Below the pieces are notes generated by a model, which worked only from the letters and a program-made list of their open reading frames with translations, was not told the origin of the DNA and did no database searches. From NCBI GenBank assembly GCA_009914755.4, contig CP068257.2, positions 37,504,001 through 37,568,000 on the forward strand: a stretch of 64,000 bases of DNA, in the 5' to 3' direction. Each line of letters opens with the position of its first letter. Position 1 is the first letter of the stretch. This DNA comes from the human T2T-CHM13v2.0 reference genome, Homo sapiens. Position numbers and translations under genes: made by a program. Positions 39,601 to 54,109 of the stretch are shown piece by piece.

Positions 39601-42600
39601 GTAAAATAAAATTCTCTATGATGGGGCTAAGCTGAGAAGAGGTGGTTGGATATTTAGGAGGAAATGGCCTCTGGTGAGTTAGGCCTGCCTCACCCACCTT
39701 TACAGAATATTCTTCCAGAAGTGCTGGAGCAGAAGGACAAGAGACAGGACAGCAACTTAAAGGACTAGCAAGGTAGAAAGAAGGCTAGGGGTTTCTAGAA
39801 CAGGAAAGAAGAAAGAGTCCCATGGAGAGAAAGAGAATTAAGTTTCAGTCAAAAATCTAAACAGATCATGAATTAAAAAGTAGAAATGCTTTTGGGGTTA
39901 TAAATAACATCTACGATTGCTGAATAAGGATTTCTTATCTCAAAAGTTCAACTCTTTCTGCGAACTTGCAATAACAATTGCACATTTTAATCCTTTAAAG
40001 CTCGCTGTGGCTATGAGCAATCAGATGTAAATGGCTGTATTTCCTTTGGAACAAGTACACTTTGAGCTATTTTGGTATCAGTAATGTTTCATATGGGTTT
40101 CACAATGTATAGACATAAATATATGAACAATCTCCCAGTTCCTATTAAGAGATTGAACAGATGGCCAAGTTATTAATATGTGGCTTAAACCCAGCACTCA
40201 GACATCTGAGAACACGCATTGGATTCCTGAGGCGTCACAGCAATGCTCAGCAGGCTGGCTGCCACATGGTGGCCCAAGAAGCAGGTGCTTGTTATAAACA
40301 TCAAAGCCCCACATCTGACCCAATGGAGACACCCCTGTTCAGAGTACTTGCAAGGCAAGACCAACATGTGCGAGCTCAGAGTCCAGCAGTGGCCCATGGC
40401 CCCTCAGAAGGCCCTGGAGGTGCCCAAGCTCCACCTGCCCATGGACCCCACCGCAGGCCAGCTCTGGCTCAGTCCCTGGGGCTTGAGCCTAACAGACAGG
40501 GCAGGCCATGCTGCCTGCCCATTCTGGGGCCCCTGCCAGGCCCAGTATCTCCTGAAGTTGGAGGCATTCTGGGGCCAAAGAGAGAAGTCCAACATCTCCA
40601 GGGGTGAGCCGAGAAACCAACCTGGACTGCCAGAACTGCCAGGCCTGCCTGAAGGCAGGGGTTTTTCTTGGGTGGGTGGGTTGGCACGAAGTGTTTGCCA
40701 TTGGGATTATCAGTCAGGCCTAGCAGGTAGAGCCGTCTGGAGTCTAACCTGATGCAGCAGGTAGACACTGCGTGCACTGGATGGCTCCTTGGCCCTCAGC
40801 AGCCTCAGTCAGAGGAACTGACGCTCCCAGAAGACCAGCTTCCAAGTACCATTTTGCTGTCTAAAGCACATTTCTGTGACAAGTTCTGCAACTTTCGGTG
40901 TATCTTACTCTTAGCAAAACAACTCCCAAAATCCTTAGTCTAACATGCTCTGAGCCACAGCCCACATGACCTTGAATTTCCTTTCCAGTACAACTTGAGA
41001 GTAGAACCTAGAGCCATGCTCTATGAAGGCTCCCACTCAGTTTTGAAATTGATGCAGCAGGAAACACGTTCTGGACGAAGACTTTTGAATTCAGACAAGG
41101 GCGATGAGTGTCCAGAGAGCCAGGTACGAAGTTCACAGAAGCTGTGATCAGAACACATCCGCAGGACTTGGAGAGATCACAACTCAACAACCTTGTCTAA
41201 CGCCAGTCTGGTTGGCCTGGTGCAAACTGGGCTGGCCAACGTCTGGCCCTCTATGCTGAGCCCACCCACAGTGACTTGAGATGCAGAGATTTGTGATGCC
41301 GGTATCTGCTGAGGCAAGGAATCTTGTTCTTTGCGGCCATTTCCCTCCCTGCAAAGTTGTTTCCTCCAGGAGCCCCAGGGTTTCTGTTCCTTCTGGGTTA
41401 TTCCAGCTGTAGGGCCCCAGAACCATGGCATCCTCTGCGCCATCAGGGCCAGGGGGGACTCCATGTGCCCATAGGTGGTCTTCTATGCCGACGTCTGCTG
41501 CCATAATTCCTAGAGGGTCCAACTAGCCTTGGGCAAAGTCAAATCAACCAGCTGGCTCTGCAAGCTCTGAACACAGAGCTGAGTCTGAATCCACTTCTTT
41601 CTTAACATCCATGAGCCTTGGTGCCCTCGTTTGAACAACAGGCCTCATCTCTAGGCCTGTTTCAAGGATGATATCAAAGGATGGCAGAATGCACCATCCC
41701 AATATGCCACTTTGGCACAAGGAACATTGACTCAAAGGAACTTAGAAAAACCGCAGGTCCAAGAAGAGCACTCTGACCCCAACCCCACCCACTTACCACT
41801 CTTTTTTTTCCCTAGAGGTAGGAAATAAAACTTCCATGTGAAAGGCACCCTCCCTTTAGCGGGAGGAAAGGATGATTCTTATCACTAGAAGCAGGGAGTC
41901 AAAGCTCCAGAGTATTTTGAACAAACAGACTTCGTGAAATAACTCTTATCTTCCTTTCATTTCCCCACTTATCTTACTTTTCACAATTGCCTCTCTTTGT
42001 TCAACCCAGTAGCTAAGCACTTGGGTTTTGCCACTTCTTTGGGTCTTCATTTTCCTATGGGGACTCTCGTGTACGTGTAAAAATCTGTGTGCTTTCCTCG
42101 TGTTAATCCTTCTTGTGCCAATCTGATTTCAAGGCCTAGCCGGGGACCCTAAGAGGATGGAAGTAGTTTTGCTTCCCCTACAATATGAAAGGACAAATCT
42201 AAAACTGTCTAGACACTATGTCTAGTGCACTGCAGGGAATTAAAAAGCATCAGTTTCCTTCTCTCCTGGTTAATCTCAGTAGCTCCTTTTTAGGATGGTG
42301 GCATCCACAAATGGCAATGAAGATGCAGGAAGGAGAGGGAGATTTTGTTTATATTGCTTGTCCTTTTTCCAAATAAGTAAAACTGACATTTCTGGCTTCT
42401 AAAATTATCATTTCCTACAAGTAACTATACTGAATTGGCTTCATTGAAAACCTTTTATGTGCACTTTCTCTCACAGATTTGTTATAACGAAACCAAAGGC
42501 AATACAAATAAATCTGCCGATAACCCTGGATTACTTTTATTGTTAACAGTAATCAAAATGATCGCACTTTCATCTCCCTTCGTTTCCTTTTCTAAGGTGT

Positions 42601-43124
42601 TAATGAGGAGTGACATCACCCTGGAATTTCACTAAAGATAAAATATAATTTACAGATTATACTGAGACAAGGCTTCTATTTGTGGTTAATGGAGTTCATT
42701 TAAACAGCGCCAGATTGTTCTTGAGTTAAAGAGGTCACCAAATAGGGGCTGGTGATATTTTTCATGTTCAAAATGTTTGTGGTAATTGTATATAATGTGA
42801 TAGGAGTGGACCACAAATTGGATAACCAGTACGGAGGTATTCTAAAGTCAGATTATTAAATCAAGAAGCTACCCAGAATTAGATGGCATGGCATGCAAAT
42901 TGAGTTCCTTCTGCCACCAAAGGCTCCCAGCCCAGTCTCATCTATCTAAGCTTTTCTTGAAGCTTGATTTATCAAGAGAGTTCCAATGCTGGACCCATTT
43001 CTCTACCCAAAACCCAGAATTCCAGGCAGTCATCGGTGCTCTCCTTCTCTTTCTCCTTTCATCTTTCTCTACATCCTCCTTCTCTTTGACCCTCTTCCAA
43101 CCCAAATTAAGACTGCAAGATTTG

Positions 43125-43400
43125 ACCAAGGCTGGTGGCTCACACCTGCAATCACAGCACTTTGGGAGGCCAAAGTGAGAGGATCACTTGAGGCCAGGAG
43201 TTTGAGGCCAGCCTGGGCAACATAGTGAGACACCATCTCACTATGGTGGCATCTCAGCATGGTGGCACACGTGCAGTCCTAGCTACTCAGGAGGCTGAGG
43301 TGGCAGGATCACTGGAGTCCAAGAGTTCAAGGCTGCAGTGAGCTATGATGGCGCCATGGCACTCCAGCCTTGGCAACAGAGACTGTCTTCAATTAATTAA
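43125..43400 (+). mobile_element. Alu SINE (older, AluJ-like)
   Basis: ggctggtggctcacacctgcaatcacagcactttgggaggccaaagtgagaggatcacttgaggccaggagtttgaggccagcctgggcaacatagtgagacaccatctc...ggctgcagtgagctatgatggcgccatggcactccagccttggcaacagagactgtc. Target-site duplication aagactgcaaga(t/c)ttga at 43111-43127 and 43417-43433. Confidence 0.88.
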
Positions 43401-43499
43401 TAAAATAAAAACTAAAAGACTGCAAGACTTGAACACAACTCAGGAACGAGTCTCCATTGGCAAAAACAAGATAGAAACTGGATTGGGTAATTTATCATG

Positions 43500-43810
43500 A
43501 ATGGAATTCTGCATAAATGTCCTGGCTCACAGTTCTGGAGGCTGGGAAGTCCAAGATCAAGGTGCCAGCAGGTTTGGTATCTGGTGAGGGCTTGGCATCC
43601 ACTTCCAAGGTGGTGAGGAATTAACTCTTTTCCTCACATGGCAGAAGAGCCAAGAAAGAGCAAGAGGGGGCCGAAATTGCCCTTTCATAACACCACCAAT
43701 CCCACCGATGAAGGGGTAACCCTTATGGCCTAACCGCCTCTTAAAGCTTCCAGCTCTTAATATCATCACAATGGCAATTAAGTTTCGACATGAGTTTTGG
43801 AGGGGACAGA
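43500..43810 (+). mobile_element. Ancient interspersed repeat, same family as 29497-29830
   Basis: ...gtcctggctcacagttctggaggctgggaagtccaagatcaaggtgccagcaggtttggtatctggtgagggcttggcatccacttccaaggtggtgaggaattaactcttttcctcacatggcagaagagccaagaaagagcaagagggggccgaaattgccctttcataacaccaccaatcccaccgatgaaggggtaacccttatggcctaaccgcctcttaaag... Confidence 0.6.
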
Positions 43811-46064
43811 CATTCAAACCACAGTGCCATTTGTGTTCATTCTGCTTTTTAGTTTTCTCCAGAAACTACTGGCCTTCAAATTAGTAATTTACTGGCATGA
43901 ATATAATTACAAATTATATACCTCTAAATAATTATTGATCTGTTACTCATGATTTCAGTATAAAGTATGCAATATACAACTCATTTGACCAACCAGTACA
44001 TGCTAAGTCCAATGATTGAGCATCAATCCTCATTTTCCTTGGTGTATCAGTTGCACTAAACCCAGGTGAGCCATCCTTCCTGCTTCAACACATTCTTCAC
44101 CAGGCTTCCAGGAAACTAGGAAACCATGGTTTCATCCTACCTCCCATGGGCTCTTCTCCATCTCCTGTCATCTCCCTGACCATGTGACACTGCAGAGCCC
44201 CAGGGTTCATCCCTTGGTCCTCCCTCTGTACTCATTGCCTGCTTATCTCTACCAAGCCCACAGCACTGTATGCGATCTCTTCAGACAGCTCCCATTTTTA
44301 GCCTCCCCAACTGCCTACTCAACAACTTCACTTGAATGTCTAGTTGACTTCTCAAACTTGATGTATACAAATCAGAATGTCTGGGTTTCTGTCTACAGCA
44401 TACCCCCATCTCAGCTAAAATAACTCCATTCCAGTTGCTCAGACCACACATTTGATATCAATTTGGTTCCTCCCATTCATACCTACATCTGAGCTGTTAG
44501 CAAATCCTATTGGCCAGATTAATCAGAGTGGTTAATGGAATGGTATAGATACAAGGGGTGAATACTATTGGAATACAACTCTTCATGGGTCACTCACATT
44601 TCTGCATTTCTTGAGAGCAGAAGTACTCTCTCTTCAAGGCTGTTTGTATAGCAAACAGTCTTAGAAGATAGAGATGCTATCTCCTAGATCAAAGGGCAGA
44701 TTTGCTATGTGGTAAAATAAGAGAGAAAAGGGCAGGTTTGCTTGTCCATCATAAAAGATTTGAATTCCCTAAGTTCAAGGTTCCTCAGCTGTGACACAGA
44801 GCTCCCACCTGGACTCTTCATCATCCCTGTAGGACTTAGGGGACAAAGGATGCTGACAAAAACATGAAGCACACACTTCTTGCTGTCCTGTAAGAAAATT
44901 CTCTGTCTCTAACCCAGAAATGGGTGAAATCTGTCAGTCAGTTTGCAAGTAAGGCACAACCCCAGACCCTTCAGTTCTATGACTTTCGGAGCACAGAGTG
45001 GGCTTATAATTAGATACAAAGAAAGCTCACAATGTTTTTAAGGGTATTGTATTTCAGGCTTTCTTCTTTCTATGGATAAGAAAGCTCCTCAGGTGGCAAC
45101 AAAGGCCATTTCTTTGGAAGCAGGCATGGCATGTGACGAAAAAGACATCTCAGAAAAGAGCCAAGAATAAGACTGGAGAGCCACTGTCAGAGAACAGAAA
45201 CTGGGCTTAATCAAGGAACATCTCTTGTTCCCAGAGTAGGAGGCTGGCAATATTTTCTCACTGAAATTTCAGAATTGTTATGGACCAGTGACTGCTCTAT
45301 GTGTTCTATTTGTTCCCTTTTCAAATGGAAGCATTTATTGCAGACGACCTGCCTCTGTCCCACCATTGTGTATTAGGTTTGTAGAGTGTAGACAACTTGC
45401 CTTTTTAGTTTGTAGGTTTCTGTATCAAGAGAAGATGTGTGTGGGCCTAACCTAGATTACAGGATCCTGGACTTCAAGTCTGATATAATGACTGGATGAG
45501 ACTTTGACTGTCCTAGAATTGGGATGAACATATTTTGCCGGTGGGAGGGCGTGAGTAATTGCGGTTAGAGGGCAGACTGTCCCTCACACCTATTCCTTTT
45601 CATGGTGCCTTCCCAAACTGCCTCTGGAGGTGGCCACACAAATGGCTTTGGCCATTGTGACCATGGGAAACTTGATGCAGAGGCTGGAAAAAGCACTTGC
45701 ATGTTTCTGTCTCCTCTCTTGTTCCTCTACAATCACAAGAAATGTCTAGGCAGGTCTGAGCAGGCCCAGGCTCATCTGCCATGGAAGAAGAATGGCACAT
45801 GGAAGAGGGTCACATTGTCCCAACCAAGACGATCCCAGACCAGCCAGGCCCCAGTTCATGGTTCAAGACACATGAACATAGTTGCATGAACCAAGATTAG
45901 TTGTGTATGGCCCAGACTAGCAGCAGCACCCATCCAACCTACAGACTCTGAGAAATAAATACTAGTTGTCTTAAGCTTCCAAGTTTCAGTGTGAGCATTA
46001 GGTAGTAACAGTTAATGAATAAGACAGATAATCATTTTATCTGTCTGGATACTTATACAATGAT

Positions 46065-49000
46065 TTCTATTTTTTATTGATACATAATATTTTACATATT
46101 GATGGGGTACATGTGACATTTTGCTACATACATAGAATGTGTAATGATCCAGTCAGGATATCTGAGGTGTCCATCACTTTGAGAATTTCTCACTTCTGTG
46201 TGTTGGGAACAATTCAAGTCGTCTCTTCTAGTTATTTTAAAATATACAATACATTGTTAACTGTAGTCTTTTTTATTGAATGACAGGACTTGTACCTTTT
46301 ATCTAACTGTATGTTTGTATCTATTAAGCTAGTTCTCTTTATCCCTGCCCCCTCCTACCCACTCACTCTTCCCAACCTCTAACATGTATCATCCTATTCT
46401 ATATCTCCATGAGATCAACTTCTTTAGCTCCCACATATGAGCAAAAACATATGATGTTTGTCTTTCTGTGCCTGGTTTATTTCACTTAAGACCTCCATTT
46501 CCATCCATGTTACTATAAATGACAGGATTTCATTCTTTTTGTGGCCAAACAGTATTTCATTGTGTATATATACTACATTTTCTTTATCCATTCATCCATT
46601 GATGAACACTTACGTTGATTCCATATCTTTGCTATTGTGAATGGTGCTGCAATAAACATGCACGTGCAGTTATCCCTTTGATACACTGATTTATTTTCCT
46701 TTGGATAAATACCCAGTAGTGAGATTGCTGGATCATACGGTAGTTCTACTTTTAGTTTTTGAGACATTTCCATACTTTTCCAGTGTTTGTATTAATTTAC
46801 ATTCCCATCAACAATGTATAAGATTTCCCTTTCCTCCACATCCTCACCAGCATCTGCTATTTTTTGTCTTTTTAATAATAGTCATTCTAACTGGGGTGAG
46901 AGGATATCTCGCTATGGTTTTGATTTGCATTTCCCTGATATTTAATGATATTGAGCATTTCTTCATATAACCTATTGGCCATTTGTGTGTCTTTTTTTTT
47001 TTTTTTTTTTTTTTTGAGAATTGTCTACTCATTTTTGGCTTTTTAAAAGATTTATTTTTTGTTGTTGTTGAGTTTAGTGCATATCCTGGATATTAGTCTC
47101 TTATCTGATGAAGAGTTTGCCAATATTTTCTCCCATTCAACAGGTTGTCTCTTCATTCTGTTGACTGTTTCCTTTGCTGTGCAGAAGCACTTTATATACA
47201 GTCCCATTTGTCTATTTTTTAGTAGTCTATGCATTTAAGGTCTCAGCCACAAAATCTTTGCCTAGACCAGTCCTAAAGTGTTTCCCCTATATTTTCTTCT
47301 AGTAGTTTTATTGTTTCATGTCTTATATTTAAGTCTATAATCCATTGTGAGTTGATTTTTGTATATGGTGAGATAGGGGCCTTGTTTCATTCCTCTGCAT
47401 ATAGATATTTAATTTTCTCAGCACCATTTATTGAAGGTGTCCTTCCCTATTGTATGTTCTTGGTGCCTTTGTCAAAATTCAGTTGGCTATAAATATGTGA
47501 ATTTATTTCTGGGTTCTCTATGTGGTTCCATTAGTCTATGTGTCTATTTTTATACCAATATCATGCTGTTTTGATTACCATAGCCTTGTAATATATTTTG
47601 AAGTCAGGTAGTGTGATGCCTCCAGCTTTGTTCTTTTTGCTCAGGATTGCTGTGCATACTCTGGCTTTTTGGTTACATACAAATTTCAGGATTTTTGTAT
47701 TTCTGTGAAAAATGGCATTAGTATTTTGATAGGAATTGCACTGGATCTGTATATTGTCCTGGACAACATGGTCATTTTAACAATATTAATTCTTCTAATC
47801 TATGAGTATGAGACGTCTTCCCACTTGTTTGTGTCCTCTTCAATTTCTTTCATTGGTGTTTCATAATCTCCCTTCTACAGGCCTTTCACCTCCTTGGTTA
47901 AATTAATTCCTAGGTATTTTTTTGTAGCTACTGTAAATGGGACTGCCTTCTTTCTCAGCTAGTTCATTTTTGGTGCATAGAAACCCTATTTTTGTATGTT
48001 CATTTTCTATCCTGCAACATTACCAAATTTGCTTATCAGCTTTAAGTGTGTATTTTGCTTTGCTTGTAGAGTCTTCTGGTTTCTCTAAATGTAAGACGAT
48101 GTCATCTGCAAACGGGGACAATTTGACTTCCTCTTAAAAATCTGTATGCCTTTTATTCCTTTCTCTTGCCTGATTGCTCTGGCTCTACCTCCAGTACTAT
48201 ACTGAATAAAAGTGGTAAAAGTGAGCATCCTTCCTTGTCTTGCTCTAGTTCTTAGAGGAAATACTTCCAGTTTTTCCCCACTCAGTATGATGTTAGCTGT
48301 GGGTCATATATAGCCTTTATTATGTTAAGATATGTTTCTTCTGTACCTGGTTTGTTGACAGCTTTTTATCATAAAAGGATGTAGAATTTTATCAAATGTT
48401 TTTTCTGCATCTATTGAGATAATCATATGGTTTTTGTCATTCATTCTACTGTTGTGATGTATCATGTTTATTGATTTGTGTATGTTAAACCATCCTTGTG
48501 TCCTTGGTATAAATTATACTTGGTCATGGTGTATTATCTTTTTGGCATCCTGTCGAATTGTTTGCTAGCTTTTTGTTTTGTTCTTTTTGAGAATTTTTAT
48601 GTCTAGGTTCCTTAGAAACACTGGCCTGTAGTTCTCTTTTTGTGTGTGTGTCCTTGTCTAGTTTGGTGTCAGGGAAATGGTGGTCTTGTAGAATGAGTTG
48701 TTTTTTCTTTGATTTTTTTGCAAGAGTTTGAGGAGAATGGGTATTAGTTCTTCTTTATGTGGTTGGTCAAATTGGCAGTGAATTCATTCAGTCATGAGCT
48801 TTTCTTTTTTTGGGAGGGTTCTCATTACTGAGTTAATCACACTGCTCATTACTGATCTGTTCAGATTTTCTATTTCTTCTGGAATCTCAGTAGTTGTGTG
48901 TTTCCAGCAATTTATCCATTTCCTCTAGGTTTTCTAGTTTGGTAGTATATAGCTATTCATAATAGTCTCTGATGATCTTTTGTATTTCTGTGATATCAGT

Positions 49001-49985
49001 TGTAATGTCTTTTTCATTTCCTATTTGGGTCTTTTCTTGTTTAGTCTAGCAAGGGGTTTATCTATTTTATCTTTTTGAAGAACCAACTTTTTGTTTCATT
49101 GACCCTTTCTACGTCTTTAGTCTTTATTTCATTTAGATTTGCTCTGAACTTTACTATGTCTTTCCTTCTAATTTTGGGTTTGGTTTGTTCTTTTCTAGTT
49201 CCTTGAGGTGCATCATTGAATTGTTTCTTTGATATCTATCTACTCATTTGATGTAGGTGTTTATTGCTATACACTCTCCCCTCCTAGAGCTCCTTTTGTT
49301 GTGTCCCATAGGTCTTGGTATGTTGTTTCTATTTTCATTTGTTTCAAACATTTTATTTCCATATTAATTTTTATCATTCAGGAGGAGCATATTATTTAAT
49401 TCCCATGTATTTGTATAGTTTCCAAAGTTCCTCTTATTTCTATTTTTACTCCATTGTGGTCTGAGAAGATACTTCATATGATTTCAATTTTTAAAAATTT
49501 GTCAAGACTTGTTTTTTGTCCTAACATATGGTCTATCCTGGAGAATGTTCCATGTGCTGATGAGAAAAATGTGTACTCAGCAGTTGCTGAGTAACATGTT
49601 CTACAAATATCTGTTAGATCCATTTGGTCTAAAGTCTAGTTTAAATCCAATGAGTTTTTGTTAATTTTGTCTAGATGATCTGAGACTGAGGTGAAGTCCC
49701 CAACAATTATCGTGTTGGAGTCTACCTCTCTTTTTAAATCTAGAAATATTTGCTTTATAAATCCGGGTGGTCTAGTGTTGGGTGCATATATTTAGTTGTT
49801 ATTTCCTCATTAGATTGATCTCTTTACTATTATATAATAACTGTTTACTGCTTCTGGCATAAAGTCTGTTTTATGTAAGTACAGCCATTCCTGCTTGAGT
49901 TTAGTACCATGTTGACAAAGGGATGCATAGAGAGTTGGTAAAGCATGATTTCTGGGTGTCTGTGTGAAGGTGTTTTGAGAAGAGT
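46065..49985 (-). mobile_element. L1 LINE (primate L1P-type), antisense: 3' UTR plus most of ORF2 (~3.9 kb), 5'-truncated
   Basis: 46070-46440 is the antisense L1P 3' UTR (gatggggtacatgtgacattttgctacatacatagaatgtgtaatgatccagtcaggatatctgaggtgtccatcactttgag...). 46700 onward is antisense ORF2 (ccatacttttccagtgtttgtattaatttacattcccatcaacaatgtataagatttccctttcctccacatcctcaccagcatctgctattttttgtctttttaataatagtcattctaactggggtgagaggatatctc..., gatgtcatctgcaaacggggacaatttgacttcctc...) and continues to about 49985. Confidence 0.85.
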
Positions 49986-50410
49986 TTAGCATGAGTCTGT
50001 GGAGTGAGTGGGAAGATTCTCCCTCAATGTCAGCAGGAACCATCCATCCACTGGGGGCCCAGGTAGAAAAAGATGAAGAAATGGTGAATTCTCTCTCTCT
50101 CCTGGAGCTGGGTCACCCTTCTTCTGCCCTTGAACAGGACATCACAACTCCAGGCTCTCCAGCCTTTGGACTCCAAGACTGACACCAGTGCCCCTCCCCA
50201 ATTACCCCAGGCCCTCAGGCCTTTGGCCTAGGATTGAGACTTACACCATCAGCTTCCCTGGTTCTGAGGCTTCTGGACTTGCACTGGGCCATACTACCAG
50301 CATCCCAGGGTCTCCAGCTTGCAGACAGCCTGTTGTGGGACTTTTCAGCCTCCATAATCAAGTAAGCCAATTTCCCTGGTATCTATATAGATATACAATC
50401 ATGTTTTGCT
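49985..50410 (+). mobile_element. ERVL/MaLR-type LTR (MLT-like)
   Basis: ...cagcctttggactccaagactgacaccagtgcccctccccaattaccccaggccctcaggcctttggcctaggattgagacttacaccatcagcttccctggttctgaggcttctggacttgcactgggccatactaccagcatcccagggtctccagcttgcagacagcctgttgtgggacttttcagcctccataatcaagtaagccaatttccc resembles the 3' half of MLT-family LTRs. Confidence 0.55.
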
Positions 50411-51012
50411 TACCAGCCTGAAAAATGTATCGCTAGATGAGTCTGTCATTGCATAAACATCATAGTGTACTTACACAAACCTAGATTCTATAGCCTACTA
50501 CACACCTAGTCTATAAACATGTACAGCATGTTACTGTACTGAATATTGTAGGCAACTGTAACACAATGGTGAATATTTGCATATTTAAACATATCTTATC
50601 ATTAAAAAGATACAGTAAACATAAGGTATAAAAGACAAAAACCGGCACACCTATATAGGGCACTTACCATAAATGCAGCTTGCAGGACTAGAAGTCACTC
50701 AGGGTGAGTCAGTGAGCGAACGTGAAGGCCTAGGTTATTACTGTCCACTACGGTAGACTTTATCAACACTGTACACAGGCTACACTAAATTTATTTTTTA
50801 AAAATTTGCTCTCCAATAATAAATTAATCTTCGCATCCTTTTTTTGTTGTTCACTGTGGCATCCAGTTTCTACCCACAAAGAAAAAGCTCCAATGCACCT
50901 TTTAATTTTTTGAAAAATTCCTGATATTACAGAACTAAATTGAAATGTATTAACATCTCACTCTTACATTTTCATAATAAACAGAAAAATTCATAAGCCA
51001 AAAAACAAAAAC

Positions 51013-51310
51013 AGGGAGTGCTGGTCACAGTGGTTCATGCCTGTAATACCGGCACTTCGAAAGGCTGAGGTAGGTGGATCGCTTCAGCTCAGGAGTTTAA
51101 GACCAGCCTGGACAACATAATGAAATCCTGTCTCTCTGAAAAATACAAAAATTAGCCGGGTGTGGTGGCATGCACCTGTGGTCCCAGCTACTTGGGGGTC
51201 TGAGGTGAGAGGACTGCTTGAGCCTGAGCGGTCAAGGCTGCAGTGAGCCATGTTTGCCCCACTGTACTCCAGCCTGGGCGACAGAGCAAGACCCTTTCTC
51301 AAAAAACAAA
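51013..51310 (+). mobile_element. Alu SINE
   Basis: gggagtgctggtcacagtggttcatgcctgtaataccggcacttcgaaaggctgaggtaggtggatcgcttcagctcaggagtttaagaccagcctgg...cagcctgggcgacagagcaagaccctttctc. Target-site duplication caaaaacaggg at 51003-51013 and 51320-51330. Confidence 0.9.
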
Positions 51311-51396
51311 CAACTACAAAAACAGGGGGAAACTTATATTGCTAAATACAATCTCAGCGTCAACACTGGAACAGAGAAAGGAATTAAAACACCTTA

Positions 51397-51560
<164 letters not shown>

Positions 51561-54109
51561 AAGGAATGGATGAGTGTTAAAAACCAAAAATTTAAAACTA
51601 TTTAAAACCTGACATGGCTGCTTGTTCAGAAACTACAGATGGATGATGGGTGGTGGTGAACAGCAGAAAGGGGTTATAGTACGTGAATCTGCATTGTTCT
51701 AGCTGTTCCCCATGCCACTCATCCTAAGGTGAGCCGGACATTGATTAGCCATTGAGCCAGGCTAATGCTGGCAGCAGATCCAGTGATGGTAACCTGCCTA
51801 TCAATAGATCCTTCCACTGGGTTCACAATTTTGATCTACGCTGCAGACATCTGATAGACCTCATTTATTCTGGTGCCTTGACACCTGATTATGCAGCCAG
51901 TATCATTTGGAATGGTGTTTATGAGAAGTGGTCTGAGCAGATGCATCCAAACCTGCACTGAATCCCAGCGTTGCTATCTCCTGTAGGAAAACTAGATTGT
52001 TGCATTGTCAACTGGTGCAGCTTGGTCAACTCTAGAAGTGGTCCCTCCAGGTCACAGTTGAGGCACATGGACGAAGTGGTGTGGAGAAAGCAAGCTCACA
52101 CTGTCGCTGCCTGTGCTGTACCTGTCCTGATCACCTGCAAAGATCACCGGAGAATTGGACAGCTTGGACCAGTATGGGATGGCCATGCGTTTGGGGGAAG
52201 ACTCCAACACCACACAGACCTGTCCAACACACTCAATGATGGACTGCGGAATCCCAGCGATAGTGATGGCTCAGTCAGCAGCGTTGGGGAGCATATCCCC
52301 TGCCACCTGGACCTGAGCCCTGTACTCTCTCGTATTGCCTTGATCTTGCAACCACCTTTTCCAATGAGCCACAGTGACTAGCAGGGACCACCAGCATCAG
52401 GGTGACCAGGGGGTCCACTGGCAGCTGTGCTAGTGGTCACAGAGCTACTGATACCCTCTTCCAATCTTGCTTTGAAGATGGCGCTAGTGGGTCCAGCCAA
52501 GATGATAATTCTCTCAGAACAACTCCCTTCTGAGATGCTGATACATGCACCACTCTCCTCATGCATCTTAACTGATTCTCCTCTTTCTGATGATACTGCC
52601 AACTTCCTTTCCATGCATAAGTAGCCAGGTGGTGAGAATGACATTTAATCCAATTTCAATCATACCAGTGTCCATATCAAGCAGGGCTATGGGGAGCTGG
52701 ACTTGGAGTGGTCAAGTCTTTGGCCAGTGGGGATGAAAACCAAGAACTCCAGGCAGGAGGCAACTCAGGGAAAAAGGAGAGCAGGCAGGGTGGGGCAGGG
52801 GTGGAACAACAGGGGTGGGCAGAAAGGCAACGAGAAGGAGGAGAAAAGGTGGTGGAGGAAGAGAAAGAAGGGAGAGACCTCAGGGCAGGTGGGAGAGAGC
52901 ACAGCCTGTAGCTGCTCAGGCTGCTGCCTCTGCTGGTGTCAATCTCAGCTTCCTGTAACTTTTCTGCTTTCTAAACTTTTATTTTTTTAACTTTTTGACT
53001 CTTTTCTAATAACTTAGCTTAAAACACAAATACACTGTACAGCTGTACAGAAATATTTTTTCTTTATATCCTTATTCCATAAGCTTTTTTCCATTCAAAA
53101 GTTTTGTTTTTTGCTTTTTGTTAAAAACTGAGACACAGCACACATATTAGCCTAGGCCTACACAGGGTCAGAATCATCAATATCTCACTGTCTTCCGCCT
53201 CCATATCTTGTCCCGCTAGAAGGTCTTCAGGGACAGTAACACACATGGAACTGTCATCTCCTGTGATGACAATGTCTGCTTCTGGATACCTCTGGAAGGG
53301 CCTGCCTGAGACTGTTTTACAGTTCGCTTTTTTGTTACGAGTAGAAGGAATACACTCTAAAATAGCAAAAAATAGGATGTACATAAACCAGTAGCATAGT
53401 CATTTATTGTAAGTATTATGTACTGTTCATAGTTGTATGTGCTGGACCTTTAAACTGGCAGCACAGTAGGCGTGTTTTCACCAGCAACACCACAAACACA
53501 AGTAACACATGAGGTCTGACCTTAGGATGGCTACCACAGCCTAGGCGATAGGAATTTTTCAGTTCCATACGATCTTATGGACCCCTGTCTACATGCGGTC
53601 CGCCAGTGGTATGTCCTTATGTGGTGCATGACTATACACATCCTACTGGTTCTCTCTGGACTGCTCTAATATACTGGGCATATACTGTCTTGTCTGTGTC
53701 ATCTGTTACTTCTCTATTTCTGTCCTGCATCTTAGGACACCAACTCAAGTTAGTCCTCCACATAATGGCTTTGTATTATACCCTATTTTATATATATGTA
53801 ATATATATACAACTTAGATCACATACTATTTGTTGTTATTTTATATAATACAGATTTTAAAGTTGAAGTTTTGCTTCTGTTAAAATCTTTTCCATGAAAT
53901 TTTTTAAATTTCCTTTCAGCTAGCTGCTGCTTCTCATACATCTCATTATTTGCTTTTGGAAAAAGCAGGGGTTCCTGACTTTTAAAAAATAGCTGTTTCC
54001 TACAGTCATGTTTTTCAACAGAATGCTCTTCTTCTGCATTTTTAATGCTGTTTCTATCCTTCGTATTGCTTGTTTTCTTCAGCTACTCTCCTTTGAATGG
54101 GAAACCTAC

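Noticed and set aside
40161-40752. Overlapping 148-aa and 169-aa plus-strand ORFs in different frames
   Set aside because: They overlap in different frames, show no recognisable domain, and several further ORFs lie on the opposite strand of the same GC-richer block. This is more consistent with composition-driven ORFs. I kept it as a low-interest finding rather than a CDS feature.
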